The translations under genes and the position numbers were made by a program. A stretch of DNA of 64,000 nucleotides from an uncultured bacterium. Its GTDB lineage: Bacteria > Oederibacteriota > JAAXVQ01 > JAUVAV01. Positions within the stretch are counted from its first letter, which is position 1, and each line of letters opens with the position of its first letter. Below are positions 30,200 through 39,628 of the stretch, one piece after another. The notes beneath the pieces were generated by a model. That model saw nothing but the letters and a program-made list of their open reading frames with translations, was not told the DNA's origin and did not search any database. Location of the stretch: NCBI GenBank assembly GCA_963710755.1, contig CAVQBK010000003.1, forward strand, positions 1 to 64,000, given 5' to 3'.

Positions 30200-30255
30200 A
30201 ACTGCCGGTCCTCCTTAAATTAAAATGACAAACACCCTGCCCAGCGAACGGGCCC

Positions 30256-31440
30256 TTATGGCTGATAAGCCTGAAATTTAATAATTTTGCCTTCATTCAT
30301 ATTACCAACATACACATGATCTTCTTTGTCGATGGTAATGCCCAAAGGCGAGGTAAAAAGCTGCTGGTTAGGTTTGTTACCCCAGCTGCCCAGGTATTTA
30401 CCTTCGTGGCTATAGAGCCAGACCATGTTGTTTTGTGCATCCACGGCATAAATCACACCCTTGGAATCCACGGCCACCATAGGCCAGCCAATCCCGCTCT
30501 GCCACCCCTTGACGCGCAGATCACGCAGGTACTTACCGTCGGTGGTAAATATTTTGATGCGCCGGTTGCCGGCGTCACCCACATAGACTTGTTGTTTACC
30601 GTCAATCCATAAGCCAAAGGTCTCCTGAAAACGGTCACGACCTGTGCCGTATTCACCCCAACGTTTTACTAACACGCCGTCGGTGTCAAATTTTTTAACA
30701 CACGAATTGCCGGTATCAGCCACATAAATATAGCCGCTGTTGTCAACCGCCACATTACGGGGGGAATAAAAATTGCCTTCCTTGGCGGTAATCTCGCCGA
30801 GATACTGGCCGCTTAAGGTTACTTGTTGAATGCGCCCGTTCCAGGCATCAGCCACATAGAGCGTGCCCTGCGGCGATATGGCCACCCCCGAGGGCTCCTT
30901 GTAGTCCCCGGGCTTGTCGCCTTTACTGCCAAAAGCCGCCACCGCCTGGCCTTGGGCATCGAATTCCACGATACGGTTGTTGCCCAAATCCGCCACATAC
31001 AGATTGCCGTTGCTGTCAGCGGCCATACCCCGCGGAGAGTTTAAAGGGCCGATGGCTTCATTGGTCACCATCAGCTCGGCCAATACTTTGGGCGTGAGCA
31101 ATTTAACCGGCGGACCTTGCCGGACTTTGCCGATCACCGCCAGGGCGATCACCAAGGCAGCTACCACGGCGAAAGTAACCAGCCCCCGGTTGCTGCCGCC
31201 GGAACGCGCCGGGGCTTTGGCCGGCGTAGTTTTTTTATTTTTTTCTTTGACCGCAGCCGCAACCTTTTTGGTCTTTTTGACCTGTTTCTCTGGGACAGGA
31301 CCTGCCGCCTTGACAGCCGACGCTGCAGTTTTTTTCATCTGCTTGCCCACCGCCGCCGTGGACGACTTGGTGCTGCGTTTAGGCGCAGCCTTTTTGCTGG
31401 TTTTCTTGACGCTTTTTTTCGAGGTTTTTTTTATTGCCAT
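30256..31440 (-). CDS. Membrane-anchored NHL-repeat protein with histone-H1-like Lys/Ala tail
   Basis: PRGMAADSNGNLYVADLGNNRI, PSGVAI..YVADAWNGRIQ, PRNVAVD..YVADTGN. Confidence 0.88.
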   Translation of the reverse strand: MAIKKTSKKSVKKTSKKAAPKRSTKSSTAAVGKQMKKTAASAVKAAGPVPEKQVKKTKKVAAAVKEKNKKTTPAKAPARSGGSNRGLVTFAVVAALVIALAVIGKVRQGPPVKLLTPKVLAELMVTNEAIGPLNSPRGMAADSNGNLYVADLGNNRIVEFDAQGQAVAAFGSKGDKPGDYKEPSGVAISPQGTLYVADAWNGRIQQVTLSGQYLGEITAKEGNFYSPRNVAVDNSGYIYVADTGNSCVKKFDTDGVLVKRWGEYGTGRDRFQETFGLWIDGKQQVYVGDAGNRRIKIFTTDGKYLRDLRVKGWQSGIGWPMVAVDSKGVIYAVDAQNNMVWLYSHEGKYLGSWGNKPNQQLFTSPLGITIDKEDHVYVGNMNEGKIIKFQAYQP

Positions 31441-32396
31441 CAGTTCGCCTCCTGACGAGGATAGATATACAATTTATTGGCCGTCATGTCCGTGATATAA
31501 ACCGTGCCGGTTTTTTCATTGACCGCCACTCCCACGGGTGTGCCCAAGGGCTGGCCGTCGGGCGTTTTTTCCATCAAGCCCTTGACTTGGCCATGACGGT
31601 TGTAAAGGTGTACACGATGTTTGGTAGGATCGGTGACATATACTAAATCTCTTTGATTATCGATAGCCAGGTAAGGTTCCATATAAAATTGTTCCACCTG
31701 CCAGCCATCCACCGGCCAGCTACGAACCGGATGGCCTTCCGTATCGGTCACCTGAATGCGGAAGTTCAAGCGATCGCAAATGTAAAGCAGGTCGTGGTCA
31801 TCAATCTTGATGCCAAAGGGTTCGGCATACTCTCCCTCTGCTTTGCCCTGCTGCCCCCATTTGGCGATAAACTTGCCCTGGCCGTCGAATTTCTGGATGC
31901 GATGGTTGCCCGTATCGGTAACATAAACCATGCCTTTGCTGTCCACGGCCACATCCCGGGGACCCCAAAAACCTTCTTCTCCCAGCCACAACCGTAAAAA
32001 TTTGCCATTGCTGTCAAACACCTGAATTCTGTGATTCCAGGTGTCGGCCACATAGATATTGCCGTCCGGGCCGACATCAATGCCGCCCGGCGTTTTGAAC
32101 TGGCCTTCACCGTCACCTTCTTTACCCCAGGCTTTGACAAACTTACCCTGGCTATTGAATTTTTGAATGCAGTTGTTGCCGCCGTCCACCACATAAACAA
32201 ACCCCTTGGCATCCACGGCCGCATTGCGGGGTGCATTTAAAACCCCTTTGACTTGGGCATTCTGGACGGAACCCTTGGCCTGCGCGCCGGCGGCACCACC
32301 CAGTTTGCCGCTTTTCAGGCCAAAGAAAATAGCCATGCCCAAAATAACCACTGCAGCACCCAACACGATGGCTGCCACTTTTTCCTGTTGTCGCAT
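31440..32396 (-). CDS. NHL-repeat six-bladed beta-propeller protein with N-terminal anchor
   Basis: VADTWNHRIQVFD, FWGPRDVAVD..YVTDTGNHRIQKFD, EPYLAID. Confidence 0.9.
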   Translation of the reverse strand: MRQQEKVAAIVLGAAVVILGMAIFFGLKSGKLGGAAGAQAKGSVQNAQVKGVLNAPRNAAVDAKGFVYVVDGGNNCIQKFNSQGKFVKAWGKEGDGEGQFKTPGGIDVGPDGNIYVADTWNHRIQVFDSNGKFLRLWLGEEGFWGPRDVAVDSKGMVYVTDTGNHRIQKFDGQGKFIAKWGQQGKAEGEYAEPFGIKIDDHDLLYICDRLNFRIQVTDTEGHPVRSWPVDGWQVEQFYMEPYLAIDNQRDLVYVTDPTKHRVHLYNRHGQVKGLMEKTPDGQPLGTPVGVAVNEKTGTVYITDMTANKLYIYPRQEAN

Positions 32397-32493
32397 GTCA
32401 TCCTCCTTGATTGATGTCTTTATCTTTATCTTCTGACAGGGACGATTTTTTTGCCCCTACGCCGTTAATACGCTATTGCCGGCTCTGCCCGCA

Positions 32494-34440
32494 TTAATCC
32501 GCCTGACTCCAGTACAGGTGCTCCACATCCTTGCGGATATAAACAATCATGTCATAGGAACCCAACCCGCTCCAGGGCTCGCGGTACATAATCAGCCGCC
32601 AGATTTTTTTAATTTTGCCATCCAGGGTATCGGTGAAAAAGGCCCGGCTGTCCGGCGCCCACCACACCCTGAGCTTATAACGCTGGGCCACATAATCCTG
32701 GGCCAGCAGCTGGGCCACCCGGTCATCATGGCCAGGTGCCGCCATCTCCACCCCGGAGATGATAATCGGATTCTTTTCAATGGTGCCTTCAGCCTGGGTG
32801 GCTGTAAACTTGGGATAGCCCACATGCTTAAAATCGCGCAGATACCAGGCAAAGGGCCAGGAGCAGTAATCTTCCACCGTGATGTTCATGTCCAGGTTGC
32901 CCTTGAGGCGCAGGGACATGTTTTTAAGCTGCTTGACCACTTGGGGCACATCGGTGGACGTCTGCACATACACCAGCAGTTCCGCGGGGTTGGCACCATC
33001 CCCGTAGAAATTAACCATGGCCGTGTTGTGTACCATTACCGTAAGCAGCAGAATGAAGACCGTCATTACCACCATCCGGTATTTAACCGCACGCTGCCAG
33101 AGCTCACCCAAAAAGGTGCCCGTGAGCAGCATCATAGGCAGCAGCGGATGTAAGATCAGCCAGGGCATGCGTTCGCCGGCAAAAGAATAATCGCAAAAAG
33201 CAGCCACTGTCCAGAGCATGAGAAAGGTTTTGAACAAGCCCATTTCACTGAAGGAAAAATAAGCCAGCAGGCCTGAACCCAATATCACCAGCAGCAACGT
33301 GAAGATCAGTCCAAAGGTCTCGTGGCCTTGCAGGGTAAACAGCCACCAGGCCGCCCCCAGAATCACATAGGCCAGAAGTCGCCAGGCCCGGTTCTGCCGG
33401 CCTTTGATGAAACTGTAATACACCAAGCCCGCGATGGCACCGAGAAACGCCAGGGTCTCATACAGCGGAATCAGGCCGGCGTAAAAATAAACCGGCTGGC
33501 TGCCCCGCTGCACCTCATGCTGGCCCAGCCAATAAGTGAGTGAAGCACTAAAGGCATCCATAAAGCCCTTGGGATAGGTAAACACCGTGGTATAGAGTAC
33601 CGCCACAATGCCGAAGAAAAAGGCCAGCCCCAGATAAAGAGGTTTGCGGTCCTGCCCCAGCTGCTGGAGCGCACCGGCCACCAACAGTTCCCCCTTTGGT
33701 TTGAGGGTGTATTCCCACAACCATCGGAAGAAAAGAAAGGTGAATATAATGACGCCCGTAATATAAGTATTTTCCTTGGTGGCAAAAGACAGTCCCAGGC
33801 CTATGGCACTTATATATAAAAATTTGTTTTGCTTGCTCTGCAGGTAGTTGATAAGCCCGTAAACCATGACCATGGTAAAGGCGGCGATGTAAATGTCATT
33901 GCGGATAAAGCGGCCAAAATAGGTGAAGGACGGCGATAGGGCAATCATCGCGCCTGTAAACAGCGCCCCGGTTTTGCCCAGCCAGGGCCGCAGCAAATAG
34001 ACCATCACCAGCACCAGCAGCCCCGACAAGGCGGGCATGATCCGGGCTGTATAATTGGAGGCTCCCAGCAAGTAATACATGAGAGCATTAAAATGAAACA
34101 GGAAAGGCCCGTGCATCATGGGATTGTATTTATAACCCATACCTTTAAACAGTTCCCATGAATAATAAGCGTGCAGACTTTCATCATGATGGAGTGGTTT
34201 GTCACCCAACTTCAGAAAGAGCAGTACGGCTGCCACCAGGAAAATAGCAAGCCAGAATAAATTTTCCCTGGTCCACCAGGAGGCGGCTACCAGCGGTGCG
34301 CTGACCTGATGCTGTGATGAGACCGGAGCCGGTGTAACCTGTATAGGATTGGATTTTTCCTGGTGGATTAATTTGGTGCCGCAGGAATCACAAAAACGGT
34401 TGGCTGCAGGGTTCTCCGCCCCGCATTTGGGACACTTCAC
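32494..34440 (-). CDS. TIGR03663/Agl23-family membrane protein (GT-C-like, flippase-activity associated) with N-terminal zinc ribbon
   Basis: PLHHDESLHA, YNPMMHGP, RFIRND, KENTYI, AGERMPWL..HP, LLVYVQT, WPFAWYLRD; starts CPKCG..CDSCG. Confidence 0.82.
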   Translation of the reverse strand: MKCPKCGAENPAANRFCDSCGTKLIHQEKSNPIQVTPAPVSSQHQVSAPLVAASWWTRENLFWLAIFLVAAVLLFLKLGDKPLHHDESLHAYYSWELFKGMGYKYNPMMHGPFLFHFNALMYYLLGASNYTARIMPALSGLLVLVMVYLLRPWLGKTGALFTGAMIALSPSFTYFGRFIRNDIYIAAFTMVMVYGLINYLQSKQNKFLYISAIGLGLSFATKENTYITGVIIFTFLFFRWLWEYTLKPKGELLVAGALQQLGQDRKPLYLGLAFFFGIVAVLYTTVFTYPKGFMDAFSASLTYWLGQHEVQRGSQPVYFYAGLIPLYETLAFLGAIAGLVYYSFIKGRQNRAWRLLAYVILGAAWWLFTLQGHETFGLIFTLLLVILGSGLLAYFSFSEMGLFKTFLMLWTVAAFCDYSFAGERMPWLILHPLLPMMLLTGTFLGELWQRAVKYRMVVMTVFILLLTVMVHNTAMVNFYGDGANPAELLVYVQTSTDVPQVVKQLKNMSLRLKGNLDMNITVEDYCSWPFAWYLRDFKHVGYPKFTATQAEGTIEKNPIIISGVEMAAPGHDDRVAQLLAQDYVAQRYKLRVWWAPDSRAFFTDTLDGKIKKIWRLIMYREPWSGLGSYDMIVYIRKDVEHLYWSQAD

Positions 34441-34473
34441 GTATGGCCTCCTTGGAGATCAACACTATTTTGG

Positions 34474-34505
34474 ATGCAGGGGCTCAAAATTTTCAGCCCC
34501 TGCAT
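34474..34505. promoter_or_regulatory. Perfect 11-bp hairpin in the intergenic leader of the Agl23-like gene
   Basis: ATGCAGGGGCT / AGCCCCTGCAT. Confidence 0.5.
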
Positions 34506-34535
34506 TATTAAGCTAAGCCGGAATAAATATTTTGT

Positions 34536-34613
34536 CTCACGTCAAGCTGTGAAGCTCGCAAAATTTTAAATAAGAATTAATATTTTTTGCTTTGCTTGGC
34601 GGCTTGGCGTGAG
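34536..34613. repeat. REP-like imperfect palindrome with AT-rich centre
   Basis: CTCACGTCAAGCTGTGAAGC (34536-55) / GCTTGGCGGCTTGGCGTGAG (34594-613). Confidence 0.55.
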
Positions 34614-34662
34614 TTATTTTTTTGAAAAAAACGTGGATCCTGTTTACGCCGTTTCTAATCTT

Positions 34663-37074
34663 TTACCGCCGCTGATAAATTTTCACCCCGTCCTGGTCAT
34701 ACACCCGTTGCATGAACGCGCCAAATTTATCTAGCGCGGCCGTGCCGTATTTTTGTTTTTCCAGAGTGCCTACAAAAACATAAGTCACCTTATAACGTTT
34801 CAGTAAGCGTTGCGCTTGCGCCTGATCATGGGTGGAATAAATCGTCTCAATATCCGGAATGCGTTTGCCCGGTTCATCGTAATTGCCCCGCCATTGCAGC
34901 TCATGGCCCCCCCAACCCAGCACTGTCGGCAGGCCGGTAAAAGTGGAGACCCGGGCAAAATCAGTGTATTCACCGCCTGTGGCTTCTAAAACCACGGGAT
35001 TGCCTTGGGCATGCCGGCGCAGCCAGTTGATGGCTCGCCGGTCCGGGGCGTAACTCATCTGGAGGTAAGCCGATCCGTCCAATGTGGGAAGGTTGCCGAA
35101 ATAACTGGTTTTGATCATAGCGCCGGCATAGGAATAAACCGAAGCCGCCAGCACCAACAATACCAGAGGTACGGCCCAACCCAGTTTCACCTGTGACGGT
35201 TTTAAGCTATTGGTCAGAATCCAATAGAGACCGTAGGTCGCAGACATACCCAGTAAAAACCAGGTCATATAATAGAACTTGAACACTGTATTCATCCGGT
35301 CCAAGGGCGGATTAAAGGTATCATTGATGTGCAGAAATTCGCAACCGAAAAGCAGGAGAAAGGCCGTGACCAGCATACAATAGGTAAACACTGTTTCCGG
35401 AGCCTCAATCTTGGTAGCCAGCAGCAGACTCACCGCCAATACTGCCAGCAGGCTCAGGCCCATGACCCAAGGGATGGGGTTGGCACTGCCATGGCCATAG
35501 GTCAGGGCTTTAAGCCCCATCATGACCACCACCACGGTCAGTGCGGTGAGCACCACGGTCATGGCGGAGGCAGGTTTCTTTTGCTGCCAATAAGCCAGGG
35601 GATTAAGCAAAAATAAAAAAATGGCTCTGACCCCCTGAGGCACTTGTTCCCAGGGCCGGATGTACGCCGAGCCCGACGGAAGCGGTTCCAAAGGCTCTTC
35701 TGCCCGGTGGCCGCAGTTTCCACAAATTAATTTACCTTCGCGCAGTTTGGTACCGCAGGCCGAACAATAAGCAATGGTTCGCTTCGGTTTGAACGTTGTT
35801 CCAGGGACAGGCGGATGGAGAATGGCCCCAAACCAATGAGCATAACGCAGGCCGAGAAAACTCACGACCACATAGAGCATGGGCCCGAAAATCAACAGCA
35901 GCTCACTGATCTTAGTATTTTGAGTGGTTAAGGCCAGGCCCTTGGCTTGGCTGTGAAAATGCATATAAAAAGGAAGAAAAGGAACAATGGCCACCAGCAG
36001 GATAAGGCCCAGCGCCTGGGCCAGATCTTTCCAGGGCATGGTCTTCAGTGACTGGCGCTGGCGGTATTGCTGAAAAAAGAAGACCAGCATGGCCATAAAA
36101 AATAGGGAAGGCATATCCCAGCTGTTGATAAACCCCAAAGCCCCTATGACCAGTCCCCACAAGCCCAGGCTACTGACTTGGGCCAAAGTCTTGGGCGCCA
36201 CCTCGCGTTCTTCTGATTTAAGGTGGTTAAGGGCCAACCCCAGGGCAATCATAATATAAGGAACCGCCAACATGTGGGGATGCATGTCCCCCAGCAAATA
36301 GGAAAAGAAAGGAAACTCGTTGATGGTATCTGGAATCACCCGCGAAGGTGTCCACCAGTTAAAATTGGCCATACTCTTGTTGACCAGTACCTGCTTGAAA
36401 CCGTCCAGATTGCCTATTAAATATAGGAAGGCCCATCCGCCTGCAGCATAACGCAATTTTTTCGTCAGATTGTAAAGCAGACCAAAGGCCCCCAGACCGG
36501 ACAAGGCATAGAGCAGGGACAAGGATAAGTTAAATCCCACGGCCGGCGCGATGCCTGTCAATTTAACCATCAGGGCCATCAGTAAATAGCCAAAGTAATA
36601 ATAGCTGATATAAAAATGCTGACCCGCCAACCAGGGATCATAAGGCGGCATCGCGGGTGTGCGGGTCAAAGCATTTAAAAAAGCCAAGTCCATGAATTTT
36701 TCCGTACCCAAGATCTCGGGATTGTGCATTCTGAAGAAAATAAAGCCCAGGAATAAAAAAAGAAAGAACAGTTCGTAAACCAAAATCAAGCCAAGGTGGG
36801 TTTTAAACCAGGAGGTAATCAGTTCCTGATGCTGCCTCCAGATCCAATAGGACAGGCCTGCCAGCAACAACAGAGCCAGACTGATGGTGACATTGGAAAA
36901 AGCAATAAATCCCATGAGCCAGCTAAGCAACCCCGTCAACAGCAAGCCTAATGGTTTGGCAAATCCAAGGCCACGGTCCGGAAGATTCGGGAAAGCTTTT
37001 ATGGTGATAGGAATTGTAATGAATCCGATCATGGTGATCAAAAACCACCACATCGTGATTCCCACTAACTGCAT
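34663..37074 (-). CDS. DUF2298 / Chlor_Arch_YYY (TIGR03662) membrane protein with internal zinc-ribbon insert
   Basis: GTEKFMD.AFLN, MPPYDPWLAG..SYYYFGY, INEFPFFSYLLGDMHPH, RMNTVFKFY, TGLPTVLGW.GHE.QWR. Confidence 0.88.
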   Translation of the reverse strand: MQLVGITMWWFLITMIGFITIPITIKAFPNLPDRGLGFAKPLGLLLTGLLSWLMGFIAFSNVTISLALLLLAGLSYWIWRQHQELITSWFKTHLGLILVYELFFLFLFLGFIFFRMHNPEILGTEKFMDLAFLNALTRTPAMPPYDPWLAGQHFYISYYYFGYLLMALMVKLTGIAPAVGFNLSLSLLYALSGLGAFGLLYNLTKKLRYAAGGWAFLYLIGNLDGFKQVLVNKSMANFNWWTPSRVIPDTINEFPFFSYLLGDMHPHMLAVPYIMIALGLALNHLKSEEREVAPKTLAQVSSLGLWGLVIGALGFINSWDMPSLFFMAMLVFFFQQYRQRQSLKTMPWKDLAQALGLILLVAIVPFLPFYMHFHSQAKGLALTTQNTKISELLLIFGPMLYVVVSFLGLRYAHWFGAILHPPVPGTTFKPKRTIAYCSACGTKLREGKLICGNCGHRAEEPLEPLPSGSAYIRPWEQVPQGVRAIFLFLLNPLAYWQQKKPASAMTVVLTALTVVVVMMGLKALTYGHGSANPIPWVMGLSLLAVLAVSLLLATKIEAPETVFTYCMLVTAFLLLFGCEFLHINDTFNPPLDRMNTVFKFYYMTWFLLGMSATYGLYWILTNSLKPSQVKLGWAVPLVLLVLAASVYSYAGAMIKTSYFGNLPTLDGSAYLQMSYAPDRRAINWLRRHAQGNPVVLEATGGEYTDFARVSTFTGLPTVLGWGGHELQWRGNYDEPGKRIPDIETIYSTHDQAQAQRLLKRYKVTYVFVGTLEKQKYGTAALDKFGAFMQRVYDQDGVKIYQRR

Positions 37075-37215
37075 GTCGTTTCCCCCCTGCATGTCAGGAA
37101 CAACGCTTGTAAACTTTGCGACAGCGCCACTGCTGATATTTGCGCCTTAGGCCGCAGTCATTGCATTTTCTTTGGAAATTGACAAAGTAACTATTTTTGC
37201 ACAATAATTTCAGCA

Positions 37216-37244
37216 ATTATAGGAGTCCTCTAATTGAATGTCAA
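37216..37244 (-). promoter_or_regulatory. Consensus sigma70 promoter for the glycosylation locus
   Basis: Minus strand reads TTGACA-N17-TATAAT exactly. Confidence 0.85.
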
Positions 37245-37381
37245 CATGATTCCCCCACTCGTGGTACTCCACCGTCCTATCCGGTCCATGACTGATGCGT
37301 TACCAGCCTGATTGCTTTTCCCTTTGATCCTTAGCCTGCTCAGCGTATAATGCTGGCAAAAAACATGAGGATGAACCGCCT

Positions 37382-39628
37382 TTGCTCATAAAATCCAAAG
37401 CTTCATATCATACGGCGTCTTTAAGACGGTCACGCTGGGACCTTTGGTTAATACCCGCTTATTTTTTTCTCTGTATCATCTCCTCCTGGCATCTGGTCAG
37501 TTCCGATTTAACCAACGGCCTGTCCACGGAAATGATCCTCAGTGCCCAAACCTTGGGCATCAGCCAGACACCGGGCATGGCCGTTTATCTGGCGGTCTCC
37601 AAATTACTGCACTACCTGCTCCCAGTTCAAAATCTGGTGCTCAATTATGGTTATCTTAGCCTGCTGTTCACGGTCGCGGCCGGGTTGTTGGTGTATTTAA
37701 CTGGCCGGCAATTGCATTATCCGCCTGTGGTGAGCTTTTCATCGGCCTTGATTTTCTTTTATTCACCGCTCATCTGGAAGACAGCGCTGTTGCCCCATCA
37801 TTTCCCGGCCGATGTGCTTATCCTTACAGTTACTGTGCTGCTGACCATCAGGTTTATCACCCTGACCCGCCGCGCCTGGTTAATGGGTAATCTCGTACTC
37901 TGGGCTGCAACCTGCGGGCTGACCGCCACCCAGGACATTGCCTTTTTGCCCTGGGGCCTGGCCTTGTTTGTTCTAGGATTGAGTGTGGGATTGCCGCGAC
38001 TACGCGCCTTAGGCCTCCATTATCTGACCGCCTTTCTCATTTTCACGGCCGCTGCCTTGCTGCCGGTGTTTTACCTGCCTCTGCGCCTCACGGCCGGCCA
38101 TGTTTTCTTCAACAGCGATTATGTTTATCAGTACGCCACCTTGGCTCGCCATTGGTCCTGGTCTCGGTTGTTGGCATGGCTCGTTTGGTACATGACCGGC
38201 GGACACCACCCGGTGTTTTGGTTCCAGACCTATGCGCCTTCCATGATGGCCTTGGGTGGACAGCTATGGACTTTTTTAAAGACCTACCCTTTTATGCCCT
38301 TGACCATCATGCTGCTGGGGCTGTTGTCCAATGTGAAAACCATTTTTGTCAAACAGCGCCATCCTGCTGCCAGAGGTATGGATCATCCCGGCCGGCTGCT
38401 AATTGCCCTGTTGCCCCTGATCGCCATAGGCGGATCAGTGATGCTGTTACCCAATCTTAAATTGCCTCTTACCTTGGGCCTCACCCTCGGCGGCACCTAT
38501 TGGAGTTTGCGTGGCTTGGAGTTCTGTTATTACCAACTTGGTCAAAGCGCCGTGGACTTGGCCAAGGGCAAACGCCTTAAACCCACGGCGTTTGCTCTGT
38601 TTGTGGTCTTGGTGGTGCCGGTGTTCAGTTTTCTCCATACCTATTTAGACCTCAAGCATCAGATTCGCCATGCGGCCAACCAGGACAGTAACCTCTATCA
38701 GGCCCAGCGGCTTTTGAGCCGGCTGCCGGCCCGGTCGGTGCTGGTCTTCCCGCACGCGGAAAGTAGTTTTCTTTTCCAGTATTGTCAGCGCCAACTAGGT
38801 CTTGCTCCGGAGATGATGATTGTCCCCTTTTCCTATCATTGGCCTGAAGTCCCCTACCAGGGACCGTCCTTGCTTAAAGGTTTTTACCGCCAGGGCAAAG
38901 GCAACCAGCAGCACCGGCTTCTATATATGGCTTATTGGACGCGCCAACTGAACCGTTATCTGGCCCAGGGACGGCCGGTGTATTTTTTAAGCCATGTCCA
39001 AAATCCTGATCCGGTATTCGATTATTTCCTTCAATCTTTTCATTTACAGGAAGCAGCCACGCCTTTACATATTTGGTACCGGTTTCTCACCTCCCGGTCC
39101 CTGAGCATCTACCAGGTCAGTTCTTTGCCTGTCCCCGCGCGGGTAAGCTACGCTCCGGTCGGGGCCAAGCCGCTGGGTACATTCAACGAGGCGGTGGCCA
39201 TCACCCAGGCTACGCTGATGCCCCTGGAAATTAACCGACCCGACAGGCCTTTGTTCCATTGCAGGTTGAGCTGGCTGATACAGCGGCCGATAGGAGAAGA
39301 ACAATTGTATGTGCAATTTCAGGTCCTCCCCTTACGGGGGGCGCCCAAGCTAAAAATGCTCGATGGGCAGTGGAAGAGATGGCGCACCATACGCCGTCTG
39401 GGCCCGGGGCGTTTGCTCAACCGCATCAATCCCCAGGGACACTTTGATCAAACCTATCAATTGGCCATCCCCACGCGCTTGCTGCCGGGGACTTATCAAC
39501 TTCAGGTCTCGGTGATTAATCCCAAGACCAAAGAACGGTTGTCAGCGGGTGAAGCAGGGACCAAGGCAACTTATTTTTTAACCTTGGACACCTTTGAGAT
39601 TACCGCCTCAGGGCTGGAACGGCCGTAA
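37382..39628 (+). CDS. DUF2723/TMEM260-like GT-C membrane protein (divergent)
   Basis: EMILSAQTLGISQTPGMAVY resembles the DUF2723 LGI.HPPG.PLY motif; YLPLR; C-terminal Ig-like LLPGTYQLQV. Confidence 0.6.
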   Translation: MLIKSKASYHTASLRRSRWDLWLIPAYFFLCIISSWHLVSSDLTNGLSTEMILSAQTLGISQTPGMAVYLAVSKLLHYLLPVQNLVLNYGYLSLLFTVAAGLLVYLTGRQLHYPPVVSFSSALIFFYSPLIWKTALLPHHFPADVLILTVTVLLTIRFITLTRRAWLMGNLVLWAATCGLTATQDIAFLPWGLALFVLGLSVGLPRLRALGLHYLTAFLIFTAAALLPVFYLPLRLTAGHVFFNSDYVYQYATLARHWSWSRLLAWLVWYMTGGHHPVFWFQTYAPSMMALGGQLWTFLKTYPFMPLTIMLLGLLSNVKTIFVKQRHPAARGMDHPGRLLIALLPLIAIGGSVMLLPNLKLPLTLGLTLGGTYWSLRGLEFCYYQLGQSAVDLAKGKRLKPTAFALFVVLVVPVFSFLHTYLDLKHQIRHAANQDSNLYQAQRLLSRLPARSVLVFPHAESSFLFQYCQRQLGLAPEMMIVPFSYHWPEVPYQGPSLLKGFYRQGKGNQQHRLLYMAYWTRQLNRYLAQGRPVYFLSHVQNPDPVFDYFLQSFHLQEAATPLHIWYRFLTSRSLSIYQVSSLPVPARVSYAPVGAKPLGTFNEAVAITQATLMPLEINRPDRPLFHCRLSWLIQRPIGEEQLYVQFQVLPLRGAPKLKMLDGQWKRWRTIRRLGPGRLLNRINPQGHFDQTYQLAIPTRLLPGTYQLQVSVINPKTKERLSAGEAGTKATYFLTLDTFEITASGLERP

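Noticed and set aside
29384-31495. Long plus-strand ORFs (279 and 193 aa) and many similar antisense ORFs across 14-64 kb
   Set aside because: They are fully antisense to well-supported genes and have no motifs of their own.
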